A DNA stretch of 63,682 bases, the filler included. It is 3 parts of 3 records of this genome, joined end to end, with 100 filler letters (N's around TTAATTAATTAA, not from the genome) between each part and the next. Parts side by side here need not be neighbours in the genome. Positions count along the whole stretch, not along the records: positions 1 to 31,063 come from SRR2962707_521; 2 more parts are not named here. One strand, given 5' to 3'. The notes below the pieces were generated by a model. The model made no database searches. It was not told the origin of the DNA and worked only from the letters and a program-made list of their open reading frames with translations. Below are positions 10,240 to 18,818 of this stretch, piece by piece (positions within the stretch are counted from its first letter, which is position 1; each line of letters opens with the position of its first letter). The translations under genes and the position numbers were made by a program.

Positions 10240-11952
10240 TCAGAATGGAAGGGGAGCGTCGGATGGTGGCGTTGCAGCCGCCGCGCCAAACTTTGCCATG
10301 CCAGGATGGGCTACGAAATCGGTGCGGCAATCCAGTACAGTGGGCAGAGCACATGTCAATGCGGCCGTGAACCGTTCCTTGAAGTCCGGGATCGATTCGA
10401 TCACATGACCCTCACAGCCAAAGCCCCTGGCGATCGCAGCATAATCGGTTCCTGACAGGTCCGTCTCAAACTCGAAGCCCGACTTGTGCTGGCCAGCGCG
10501 AATAATGCCCCAAGCAGCGTTGTTGTGGACGATGAAGATGACCGGCAGCTTGTAGCGGCGGGCTGTGTCGAGCTCCTGAATGGTGAAGCCAAAGCTCCCA
10601 TCTCCCGTCGTGCACACGACGGTTCGATCGGGAAACGCCGCCTTGAGCGCAATGGCATAGGCAGTGCCAAAGCCGAGCTGGGCCAGGCCTGGGGCGTGGA
10701 ACCGGGTGCGTACCGAGGCGGCCGAAACCAGGTCATTGTGCCAGAAGGTCGTGTGTCCACCGTCATACGTCACGAGGGCGTCCGGCGGCAATAAGGTGTC
10801 CAGCGCCTTGGCCAGTCCCGCGGGGCTTGGCTTGCCTGGCGCAGATGATGCGTCCGCCATGCCCTGCAAATGCTGGCGATAGGCCGCGTACTGGTTCCTC
10901 AATTTTTCCATCCAGCCTGTGGGTGTCGCTTCGGCATGGCCGGAGATTTCGGAGGCCAGCGCCGTCAGCGCTGCCTTTGCATCGGCCTGAATGGCGATTG
11001 AGGCGGGGATGTTGCGGCCCAGGCAGTCCTCGTCGATGTCGATGTGGATCAATTCCGCGTCCTTGCCGATGGCAGGCGCGCCTGCGCCCCAAAGCCAAGA
11101 CGAAAATCGGCAGCCGACAGCCAGGACCACGTCGGCCTGGACCAGAGCGGTGTTGACCGCGTCGCCGCCAATGACGCCGCCATGGCCGATGAAATTCGGG
11201 TGACCCGAGGGGATGGCGCCAAGCCCCATCTGGGTGGCGGTGGCGGGTGCGCCCAACAGCTCTGCAATATTTGTGAACGCTTCGCCGGCATCGGCGTGCA
11301 TGACGCCGCCCCCGGCAATCAGCAGTGGTCTCTTGGCGCCCACCAGCCGGGCTGCCGCTTCTGCTACGGCGTGGCGATCCGGTTGCGGCAAGGTGCGCGT
11401 GCCCCTGGCCGAGGCATCGAACGCTGCTTCGGCATAGGGAAACTCCTGCGCCAGAAGATCGGCCGGTATGTTGACGTGTACCGGGCCGGGACGGCCGCCA
11501 AGGGCCGTGCGAATGGCCTGAAGGAGCAGTTCGGGCGCCCGGCGGCCATCATGCAGCCGAACACTCCATTTCGTCATCGGCTTGAAAACTTCGACAAGAT
11601 CGAGCTCCATCGTCATGCCGCGGCTGGGATAGCTGAGATGGGTGGCGTTACCGGTCGTGATGACCAGCATCGGCAGATTGTCGGCAAATGCGTTAGCGAC
11701 GCCGGGGACGAGGTTGGCACTTCCGGGGCCCAGTTCTCCGAATACGCATGCGATCTGACCGGTCCCAAAGTAGCCCGCTGAAGCCATCATCGCGGCGGCA
11801 GTCTCGTTTCGGGTGCCGATAAAGCGAATCTGGTTTTGCTCGGACAATGCCTTGAGCAGCGGCATCATCTTTCCACTTGCAATGCCAAACACGCTGTCGA
11901 TCCCGGACATAACGAGACAATCGATTACAGCTTGCGCGCACGATTTCTGCAT
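10240..11952 (-). CDS. Thiamine diphosphate-dependent enzyme (acetolactate synthase/decarboxylase/lyase superfamily)
   Basis: TRNE catalytic Glu, GPGSANL, GRPGPVH, GDGSFGF...HNNAAWG ThDP motif; start after GGAGG RBS. Confidence 0.9.
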   Translation of the reverse strand: MQKSCAQAVIDCLVMSGIDSVFGIASGKMMPLLKALSEQNQIRFIGTRNETAAAMMASAGYFGTGQIACVFGELGPGSANLVPGVANAFADNLPMLVITTGNATHLSYPSRGMTMELDLVEVFKPMTKWSVRLHDGRRAPELLLQAIRTALGGRPGPVHVNIPADLLAQEFPYAEAAFDASARGTRTLPQPDRHAVAEAAARLVGAKRPLLIAGGGVMHADAGEAFTNIAELLGAPATATQMGLGAIPSGHPNFIGHGGVIGGDAVNTALVQADVVLAVGCRFSSWLWGAGAPAIGKDAELIHIDIDEDCLGRNIPASIAIQADAKAALTALASEISGHAEATPTGWMEKLRNQYAAYRQHLQGMADASSAPGKPSPAGLAKALDTLLPPDALVTYDGGHTTFWHNDLVSAASVRTRFHAPGLAQLGFGTAYAIALKAAFPDRTVVCTTGDGSFGFTIQELDTARRYKLPVIFIVHNNAAWGIIRAGQHKSGFEFETDLSGTDYAAIARGFGCEGHVIESIPDFKERFTAALTCALPTVLDCRTDFVAHPGMAKFGAAAATPPSDAPLPF

Positions 11953-11985
11953 CGCCATTCCTCCCTGAGCCATTCACGCCGGAGA

Positions 11986-12005
11986 ATTTAAACGAGCGAT
12001 TAAAT
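11986..12005. promoter_or_regulatory. Palindromic TetR-type operator, copy 1
   Basis: ATTTAAACGAGCGATTAAAT; same arms as copy 2 at 12809. Confidence 0.7.
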
Positions 12006-12066
12006 AGTTCAAGCTGAAATGGCATGTGGTTTGAGAAAAAGTCCTGGTGAGCTTGTGATGACCAAC

Positions 12067-12720
12067 TCAACCGGGCATTGGCGCGGAGAATCCGGCGAGC
12101 AGATAGGGCAGAATCTGCTTGTAGACCTGCCGGGGATCGGAGCCCTTGAGGCGACCGCCGGAAATGGACTCAAGGCCCGGAGGGCCCTGGCGTGTCCCGA
12201 AGAACAGCAATGATCCGATCATGGCGTAGAAGCGCCAGATGATCACATCGCGATCGAGGTGCGGCAGGCAGGCGGTGATTTCATCGACAAAGGCAATGTT
12301 GACGCTGTTGAAGGCGCGTTCCGCGATCTCCTCAACAATCTCAGATGGCTCGTTCAACAATGTGGCGTGTAGCCTGGAAAAGCTATTTTTCTGGGCTTCC
12401 CAGGTTTTTGCCTCTACGAGGGGTTCGAGGTAAATCCTCAGGATTTCCTCGAGGGTCAGCGTGCGTTTTGAGCGTTTGGCCTTGGTCAGCTGATGCATGC
12501 GCTCGGCGACGTGCTGGGCTGCACTGGCGCGGATCACCTCTTCGAAAAGGCCTTCCTTGCTGCCGAAATGGTAATTGATGAGCGCCGAATTGACCTCCGC
12601 CTTCTTGGCGAGATCCCTGACCGAAACCGAACGAAAGCCCTGCTCGGCGAACAAGAGGGTTCCAGCTTCGAGGAGGCGTCGTCGCGTTTCGTTGGACGAT
12701 GCGTTGGTGGTTACGGCCAC
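12067..12720 (-). CDS. TetR/AcrR family regulator (PsrA-like)
   Basis: TRRRLLEAGTLLFAEQGF..VSVRDLAKKAEVNSALINYHFGSKEGL HTH. Confidence 0.92.
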   Translation of the reverse strand: MAVTTNASSNETRRRLLEAGTLLFAEQGFRSVSVRDLAKKAEVNSALINYHFGSKEGLFEEVIRASAAQHVAERMHQLTKAKRSKRTLTLEEILRIYLEPLVEAKTWEAQKNSFSRLHATLLNEPSEIVEEIAERAFNSVNIAFVDEITACLPHLDRDVIIWRFYAMIGSLLFFGTRQGPPGLESISGGRLKGSDPRQVYKQILPYLLAGFSAPMPG

Positions 12721-12789
12721 AGGAATGTCTCGCTGGTCAAACAGAGTAAGAGAAATATAGGGGCAATGACGGGGGTAGAAAAGTTTCGC

Positions 12790-12828
12790 TTGACAGTTTG
12801 TGCGCTCGATTTAATCATGTGTTTAAAT
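12790..12828 (+). promoter_or_regulatory. Sigma70-type promoter (TTGACA -35) overlapped by TetR operator copy 2
   Basis: TTGACA at 12790-12795; ATTTAATCATGTGTTTAAAT at 12809-12828 covers the -10 region. Confidence 0.7.
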
Positions 12829-12901
12829 TGAGCTGCTTAGTCAAGGAGGATGACATGGCCGTTGCAGAGGGTCTACCGCGCTGTGGGGCGAGGTCTCGCC
12901 C

Positions 12902-13432
12902 ATGCTGACCAGCTTGCGATCGCTGGCGCTGGCGGGGACCCGCGCCATGACCGTTCTGGCCTGCGCCGTCCTGGCGCTGGCGACCTTGCATGTGTTCGCC
13001 GATGTCATCGCGACGAAGTTCTTTCACGCGCCCATTCGGGGCACGCATATCATCGTCACCCATTACTATATGGTCGCGCTGTTCTTTCTGCCCCTGGCCT
13101 TTGCAGAGCTTCGTGACCAGCATATCAGCGCCGATCTGCTCTATTCGGCCATGCCGGAATGGTTCAAGCCCTGGCTCAATGGCGCCAATCTGGCGTTTCT
13201 CACCGCGTTTCTGGGCGTGTTGACCTGGCAGGCCTGGATCAAGGCGCTCAGCCAGACCTTGCGTGGTGAACAGGAGACGGCCGCCGGCCTGGTCCTGCTG
13301 ATCTGGCCCTCTCGCTGGCTTGCCGTCCTGGGCTTTGGTGCCATGACGCTCGCCGCCTTGCTGCGCCTGTCGGCCCTGCTGCTTTCAAGCCCCAACGTGG
13401 ACACGCCCAAGGAACTGACTTCCGATGAGTGA
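12902..13432 (+). CDS. dctQ: TRAP transporter small permease
   Basis: 4 TM helices, HISADLL motif, directly upstream of dctM. Confidence 0.85.
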   Translation: MLTSLRSLALAGTRAMTVLACAVLALATLHVFADVIATKFFHAPIRGTHIIVTHYYMVALFFLPLAFAELRDQHISADLLYSAMPEWFKPWLNGANLAFLTAFLGVLTWQAWIKALSQTLRGEQETAAGLVLLIWPSRWLAVLGFGAMTLAALLRLSALLLSSPNVDTPKELTSDE

Positions 13433-14723
13433 TATTGCAATCGGCGGCGTCGGTGTCGTCATTATGATCCTTTTGATTGTGCTGCGGTTTCATATCGGCC
13501 TTGCCATGGGCCTGGTGGCCACTGTGGGCATCGCGGTTATTGCCGGTCCCAACGCAGCCTTTTCTGTCTTGCAGAACGTGCCCTACACTTTTGCGGCCAA
13601 TTGGGAATTCTCGGCTGTTCCGCTATTCATTTTGATGGGAGCTATTGCCCACGCTTCGGGCATGACGGCATCGCTGTTCCAGGCAGCCCGGCTGTGGCTC
13701 TCTTGGTTGCCCGGAGGGCTTGCCATTGCGACCAATGTTGGCTGCGCCGGCTTCTCCGCCGCCGCCGGGTCGAGCATCGTCACATCCGTTGCAATGGGCC
13801 GCATCGCGGTGCCCGAAATGCTCAAATATGGTTATGACAGGGGGCTGGCCACAGGCACGGTGGCTGCGGCGGGAACGCTCGGGGTGATGATCCCACCGTC
13901 TATTCCCATGATCCTCTACGCTTATTTCGCGGAGGTGTCAGTGGGCGCCATGTTCATCGCCGGTGTGGTGCCCGGCCTGCTCACGGCAGGCCTCTACACG
14001 GTGATGATACTGGTGCGCTGCATCATCAATCCCAAGCTGGCTCCGCCAGTGCCGGCCGAGGAAGATCCCAACGCGAAATGGCGGGCCTTGGCCGACGTCT
14101 GGACACTGCCATTCATCATCCTTGTGGTTATCGGTTCGATCTATAGCGGCATCGCAAGCGCGACGGAATCCGCCGCCTTTGGCGTGGTCGCCGCGCTGCT
14201 CATCGCCACCATCAAGCGCACGCTGAGCTGGGCCGTGCTGAAGGATGCCTTTTTCAGCACCATCGAGAACACCGCGAGCATTTTTTTCGTGGTGCTCGGC
14301 GCGGTGCTGCTGACACGCTTCATGGCCTATTCGGACCTGCCCGAGTTCGTGTCGAGCGCGGTGATCGGGCTCAATGTCGAACCGCTGGCCCTGGTGATCA
14401 TAACCGGGTTCATCTTCTTGATCCTGGGCTGCATTCTCGATCCGATCGGCCTGATGTTGCTGGCCCTGCCAGTCTTCCTGCCTATCTTCATCGCCGCTGA
14501 TATCGACCTTATCTGGTTCGGCATTCTGTTCATCAAGTACATCGAAATCGGCCTCATCACGCCCCCCGTCGGCATGAACGTGTTCATCCTGCGCTCCATT
14601 CTGCCGCAGATCCCGGTGGCCACGATCTTCCGCGGCACTGGATGGTTCTTTGTCACCGAACTTGTGGTGGTGGGACTGCTGATCGCGTTCCCGTGGATCG
14701 CGACCGGCCTGGGCCAGCTTTGA
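13425..14723 (+). CDS. dctM: TRAP transporter large permease
   Basis: AVPLFILMG, AGTLGVMIPPSI, IGLITPPVGMNVF. Confidence 0.93.
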   Translation: MSDIAIGGVGVVIMILLIVLRFHIGLAMGLVATVGIAVIAGPNAAFSVLQNVPYTFAANWEFSAVPLFILMGAIAHASGMTASLFQAARLWLSWLPGGLAIATNVGCAGFSAAAGSSIVTSVAMGRIAVPEMLKYGYDRGLATGTVAAAGTLGVMIPPSIPMILYAYFAEVSVGAMFIAGVVPGLLTAGLYTVMILVRCIINPKLAPPVPAEEDPNAKWRALADVWTLPFIILVVIGSIYSGIASATESAAFGVVAALLIATIKRTLSWAVLKDAFFSTIENTASIFFVVLGAVLLTRFMAYSDLPEFVSSAVIGLNVEPLALVIITGFIFLILGCILDPIGLMLLALPVFLPIFIAADIDLIWFGILFIKYIEIGLITPPVGMNVFILRSILPQIPVATIFRGTGWFFVTELVVVGLLIAFPWIATGLGQL

Positions 14724-14751
14724 CTAAGTTTACAACAGGAGGAGACCTGAA

Positions 14752-15843
14752 ATGACGAAGAAACTCGTGGGAGCAACCCTTGCTTCGCTGCTGCTGGCGG
14801 GGTCCGCAAGCGCCGTCGAGCTCACCTATTCCACGCACTTGCCGCCCTCGATTGCGGTCAATTCGGCGGGCATCCAGCCCACTTTCGATGCGATCCAGGA
14901 GGCAACGAACGGCGAAGTGACCTTCAAGTACTTCTGGGCCGGTCAGTTGTACGATGCGGCCGGTGCATTTGAGGCGATCCGCGATGGTGCAATCGACATC
15001 GCGTTCACCCAGCCCGAGGACAAGCAGTCCGACATGCCGGCGAACTTGTTGTTCTCCGATCTCTACTTCAAGGGCGCTAACCCTTATGTCACGGCAGCGG
15101 CAGCCAACGAAACCGTCCTGCTCAACTGCGAGGATTGCCTGGCAGAATACACCAACAACAATGCCATGTTCATGGGCACCCACGCTGCTACCCCGACCGT
15201 GATGGTCTGTGCAAAGCCCGTGGAGACCATGGCCGATCTGCAGGGCAGCAAGGTCATCGGGCAGACCACGATTGCGGGCTGGGTCCAGACCTTCAACGGC
15301 ACCCAGCTCGACGTACCGCCACCGGCGCGGCTGGAAGCCCTTGAGCGTGGCGTCGCCGATTGCACCCTCATGTCTGCCGAATGGCTCTCAGCCTTCTCCA
15401 TCAACGAGGTGGCCGAGACCGTCGTCACCACGGGGACCGGGTCGCAATTCGCCCTGTCGATCGCCACCATGAATGCGACGACCTGGGACGGGCTGTCGGA
15501 CGAAATCCAGGCGGAGTTTCTGCGTGCGATGCCGAATGCAATCGCCGGGATTGTTGATGCCTATACCACCCGGGATGCAGCGGCGATCGAAGAAGCCAAG
15601 TCCATGGGCATAGCCTTTACCGACCTTGGCGGCGCCTATGAGGAAGCGCTGAACGCCTATCTCGAAGGTTACGAGGAAAACGTCATTGCCGAGGCGGAAG
15701 CCCGCGGCGTCGAAAACGCTGCCGAAATCGTCAACGCGTTCCTCGCCAACCTTGAAAAATGGGAAGCGCTCATCGCTGAGAACGGCACCGAGAACTACGC
15801 CGACCTGCTTTGGGACGAAATCTACAGCAAGGTCGAGTACTGA
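14752..15843 (+). CDS. dctP: TRAP transporter substrate-binding protein
   Basis: Signal peptide, IQEATNGEVTFKYF.AGQL, AIRDGAIDIA, ALERGVAD, WDGLSDEIQ. Confidence 0.88.
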   Translation: MTKKLVGATLASLLLAGSASAVELTYSTHLPPSIAVNSAGIQPTFDAIQEATNGEVTFKYFWAGQLYDAAGAFEAIRDGAIDIAFTQPEDKQSDMPANLLFSDLYFKGANPYVTAAAANETVLLNCEDCLAEYTNNNAMFMGTHAATPTVMVCAKPVETMADLQGSKVIGQTTIAGWVQTFNGTQLDVPPPARLEALERGVADCTLMSAEWLSAFSINEVAETVVTTGTGSQFALSIATMNATTWDGLSDEIQAEFLRAMPNAIAGIVDAYTTRDAAAIEEAKSMGIAFTDLGGAYEEALNAYLEGYEENVIAEAEARGVENAAEIVNAFLANLEKWEALIAENGTENYADLLWDEIYSKVEY

Positions 15844-15853
15844 TCGCAACTCC

Positions 15854-15874
15854 GGGGCGGCCAAGGGCCGCCCC
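15854..15874 (+). terminator. GC-rich hairpin after dctP (terminator or mRNA-stabilising stem)
   Basis: GGGGCGGCC-AAG-GGCCGCCCC perfect 9-bp stem; no long U tract. Confidence 0.5.
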
Positions 15875-15890
15875 TCTTCGGGAAAGCCCC

Positions 15891-16334
15891 ATGATCCATC
15901 ATCTCAAGACCTCGATTACGCTTCAGGATGGCGAAAAGATCGTCGAAGCCGCGCTTGCTCACTCTGCCGCGAACGGCTTCCTGCCGATGGCCATCTCCGT
16001 CCTCGATGCGGGCGGTCACACGGTCGTCGCCAAGCGTCAGGACGGTTGTGGCATCCTGCGCCTTGATATTGCCATGGCCAAGGCCTGGGGCGCTCTGGGC
16101 ATGGGCATGCCGGCGAGGACCATCAACGAACGCCTGGGCGGCAACATGCCGTTTCTGACCGGACTGATTGCTGCCTCCGATGGCCGTATGGCACCCAATG
16201 CGGGCGGCGTCCTCATTCTCGATACCGAACAAAAAATCATCGGCGCAGTCGGCCTGAGTGGAGACACGGGCGACAACGACGAGCTTTGCGCAATTGCCGG
16301 CATCAAGACCGCCGGCTTTGCCGTTGGCGCATAA
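15891..16334 (+). CDS. GlcG/HbpS family heme-binding protein
   Basis: ISVLDAGGH..KRQDG..IAMAKAW..GGVLI..IIGAVGLSG...DELCAIAG. Confidence 0.88.
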   Translation: MIHHLKTSITLQDGEKIVEAALAHSAANGFLPMAISVLDAGGHTVVAKRQDGCGILRLDIAMAKAWGALGMGMPARTINERLGGNMPFLTGLIAASDGRMAPNAGGVLILDTEQKIIGAVGLSGDTGDNDELCAIAGIKTAGFAVGA

Positions 16335-16347
16335 CAAGGAGACAATC

Positions 16348-17796
16348 ATGGATTATGGATTGCTGATCGACAACCAGGACCAGCCTGCCCGCGCAGAGGG
16401 CATGTTCGAGCGAACCAACCCAGTCGATGGTTCAACCGCATCGCGCGCCGCAGCTGCGCTATCTGCCGATGTGGATAACGCGGTAGCCTCTGCCGCAGAA
16501 GCCTTCAAGTCATGGTCGATGACCGGCCCGAGCGAGCGCCGCGCCATCTTCAACAAGGCCGCGGATCTGATGGAGGCGTGGACCCCGCGCTTCATCGAAC
16601 TGGGCATCGCCGAGACCGGCGGTACCGGCCCTTGGCACGGGTTCAATTGCTACTTCGCCGCCAAGATCCTGCGGGAAGCGGCAGCAGCCACCACCCAGAT
16701 CAAGGGCGAGGTCATCCCGTCGGACCGTCCTGGCTCGCTTTCAATGGCGATGCGCCAGCCAATTGGCGTGCTGGTGGGTATGGCGCCTTGGAACGCCGCC
16801 CAGATCCTTGGTGTACGGGCTTTCGCCCTGCCCATCGCCTGCGGCAACACCATAGTGTTCAAGGCCTCGGAGAAGTGCCCCGGGACACATCGGCTGCTGG
16901 GCGATCTCATGGTTGAAGCCGGGCTTCCCAAAGGCGTACTCAATATTGTCACCCATGACGCCAAGGATGCGCCCGAAGTCGTCAATGCGCTGATCGACCA
17001 TCCGCTGACCCGCCACATCAATTTCACCGGCTCCACCCGGGTGGGCCGGATCATAGCCGAGCGCGCCGCCCGGCACCTCAAGCCCTGCCTGCTCGAGCTG
17101 GGCGGCAAGGCTCCCCTTGTCGTGCTCGACGATGCGCACATTCCCGGTGCGGTCAACGCAGCCAAGTTCGGCGCTTTCATGAACCAGGGGCAGATCTGCA
17201 TGTCCACCGAGCGAGTGATCGTTGCGGACAGTATCGCGGATGCATTTATCGCCGAGTTTGCCGAAGCCGCCTCAAAGCTGGTGGCGGGAGATCCAAAGAC
17301 GCAGGTGCATCTGGGTTCGGTGATTGATCAGGGCGCCATGGATCATGTCCGCGCGCTCGTCCAGGACGCAGAGAGCAAGGGCGCCGTCAGGGTCGCCGGC
17401 ACGCTGCCCGAAGCCGGAACGATCATGCAGGCCACTGTGATGGATCATATCACGTCGGAGATGCGTCTATATGGCGAAGAGAGCTTCGGGCCGGTCGTTT
17501 CGGTCATTCGCGCCCGCGATGATGCCCATGCCATCGAGATCGCCAATGACACCAGTTACGGCCTCTCGTCCTCGGTCTTCAGCCAGGACATTCGCCGCGC
17601 CCTTGAGGTCGCAAGGCAAATCCAGGCGGGCATCTGCCATATCAATGGCCCAACCGTGTTCGATGAGGCACAGATGCCATTTGGTGGGGTGAAGTCCAGT
17701 GGCTATGGCCGCTTTGGCGGCTCTGCCGGGATAGATGCGTTTACCGAACTGCGCTGGATCACTATCGAGGATCCGGCCCAGCCTTACCCGTTTTGA
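16348..17796 (+). CDS. Aromatic aldehyde dehydrogenase (vanillin/salicylaldehyde dehydrogenase type)
   Basis: APWNA, NFTGSTRVG, LELGGKAP, NQGQICMSTER, EESFGPV, IDAFTELRWIT..YPF. Confidence 0.9.
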   Translation: MDYGLLIDNQDQPARAEGMFERTNPVDGSTASRAAAALSADVDNAVASAAEAFKSWSMTGPSERRAIFNKAADLMEAWTPRFIELGIAETGGTGPWHGFNCYFAAKILREAAAATTQIKGEVIPSDRPGSLSMAMRQPIGVLVGMAPWNAAQILGVRAFALPIACGNTIVFKASEKCPGTHRLLGDLMVEAGLPKGVLNIVTHDAKDAPEVVNALIDHPLTRHINFTGSTRVGRIIAERAARHLKPCLLELGGKAPLVVLDDAHIPGAVNAAKFGAFMNQGQICMSTERVIVADSIADAFIAEFAEAASKLVAGDPKTQVHLGSVIDQGAMDHVRALVQDAESKGAVRVAGTLPEAGTIMQATVMDHITSEMRLYGEESFGPVVSVIRARDDAHAIEIANDTSYGLSSSVFSQDIRRALEVARQIQAGICHINGPTVFDEAQMPFGGVKSSGYGRFGGSAGIDAFTELRWITIEDPAQPYPF

Positions 17797-17850
17797 TCAT
17801 TCGGCGGCACAGACCAATTCTGCGCCGCCCCGCATTTGGGAGTTGGCCCT

Positions 17851-18639
17851 GTGCTGCTTTATCATGGGATTTCCAGTGTCTGCTCGATCAAGGTGCGCCT
17901 GTGCCTCGCCGAACTTGGGCTTCCCTATGACAGCAGGGTCCTCGACCTTCAGGCCGGGGACCAGTATGCGCCTGACTATCTTGCGCTCAATCCCAATGGC
18001 GTGGTGCCGACGCTGGTCGATGATGGTCTGGTCGTCACCGAATCCAGCCTGATCATCGAATACCTTGATCGCGCCTACAATGGCGATCGCCTGATGCCTG
18101 CGGACCGGGCTGGTGAAGTCAGGGCGCGATTGTGGTTGCTGCGCTGCCTCGACATTCATGCGGCAGTAAACACGCTCACCTTTGCCACCATTGGTCGCGA
18201 TAGGATGAGGGCCAGCAAATCGGCCGATGAAATCGAAGCCGATCTGCACAAAATGCCGAACCCCGTGGCCCGGATGAAACGCCGCGACCTGATCACCAAT
18301 GGGCTCAATTCCGTTTATCTCGACGATGCGCTGGATCGCTTCGGGCGCACGCTTTCCGATATCGCGAATGATCTTGGTCAGAATGACTGGATTTCCGGCC
18401 CTTCATTCGGCATCGCGGATATCGCCCTGCTTCCTTACATCGATCGACTGGAGCGTCTCGGATTTGAGGGGTTCTGGCGCGACGTGCCGCTGGTTGCGCA
18501 TTGGTTGGTCCGGATGCAGGCCCGGCAGAGTTATCGCACTGAAGTCGAGGGCAAGCTTGGCGCTGCCGCGACCAGCAGCATGCGAGCCGGTGGTGTGCCC
18601 TACTGGCCAAGAATTGAGAGCCTGCTGGCTTCGGGCTGA
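17851..18639 (+). CDS. Glutathione S-transferase (LigF/PcpC-like)
   Basis: SSVCSIKVRL, LNPNGVVPTL, TESSLIIEYLD, FGIADIAL; GTG start after GGGAG (upstream TTG at 17836 also possible). Confidence 0.88.
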   Translation: MLLYHGISSVCSIKVRLCLAELGLPYDSRVLDLQAGDQYAPDYLALNPNGVVPTLVDDGLVVTESSLIIEYLDRAYNGDRLMPADRAGEVRARLWLLRCLDIHAAVNTLTFATIGRDRMRASKSADEIEADLHKMPNPVARMKRRDLITNGLNSVYLDDALDRFGRTLSDIANDLGQNDWISGPSFGIADIALLPYIDRLERLGFEGFWRDVPLVAHWLVRMQARQSYRTEVEGKLGAAATSSMRAGGVPYWPRIESLLASG

Positions 18640-18670
18640 CCACATTTCCGAAGATCCGGCGGTCGGGTTG

Positions 18671-18719
18671 CATTCACAAAACTGATTGGCGACGTTCCGA
18701 ACAATCAATTTCTCTCAAT
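18671..18719 (+). promoter_or_regulatory. nod-box-like LysR (NodD) binding site
   Basis: C-ATT-CACAAAACT-GAT-N8-TTC-CGAACAATC-AAT-TTCTCTCAAT versus consensus Y-ATC-CAYNNYRYR-GAT-N7-ATC-NAAACAATC-RAT-TTTACCAATC; 100 bp upstream of the operon start. Confidence 0.65.
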
Positions 18720-18818
18720 AATCCGACCTTGTTAGCGTCCCTCTCATAAACGGGTCGTCACGCCTGAAGAGCGTGCTGCCCTGAGGAGTGGCCCAATGGG
18801 CCGATTTGGGAGCTAATC

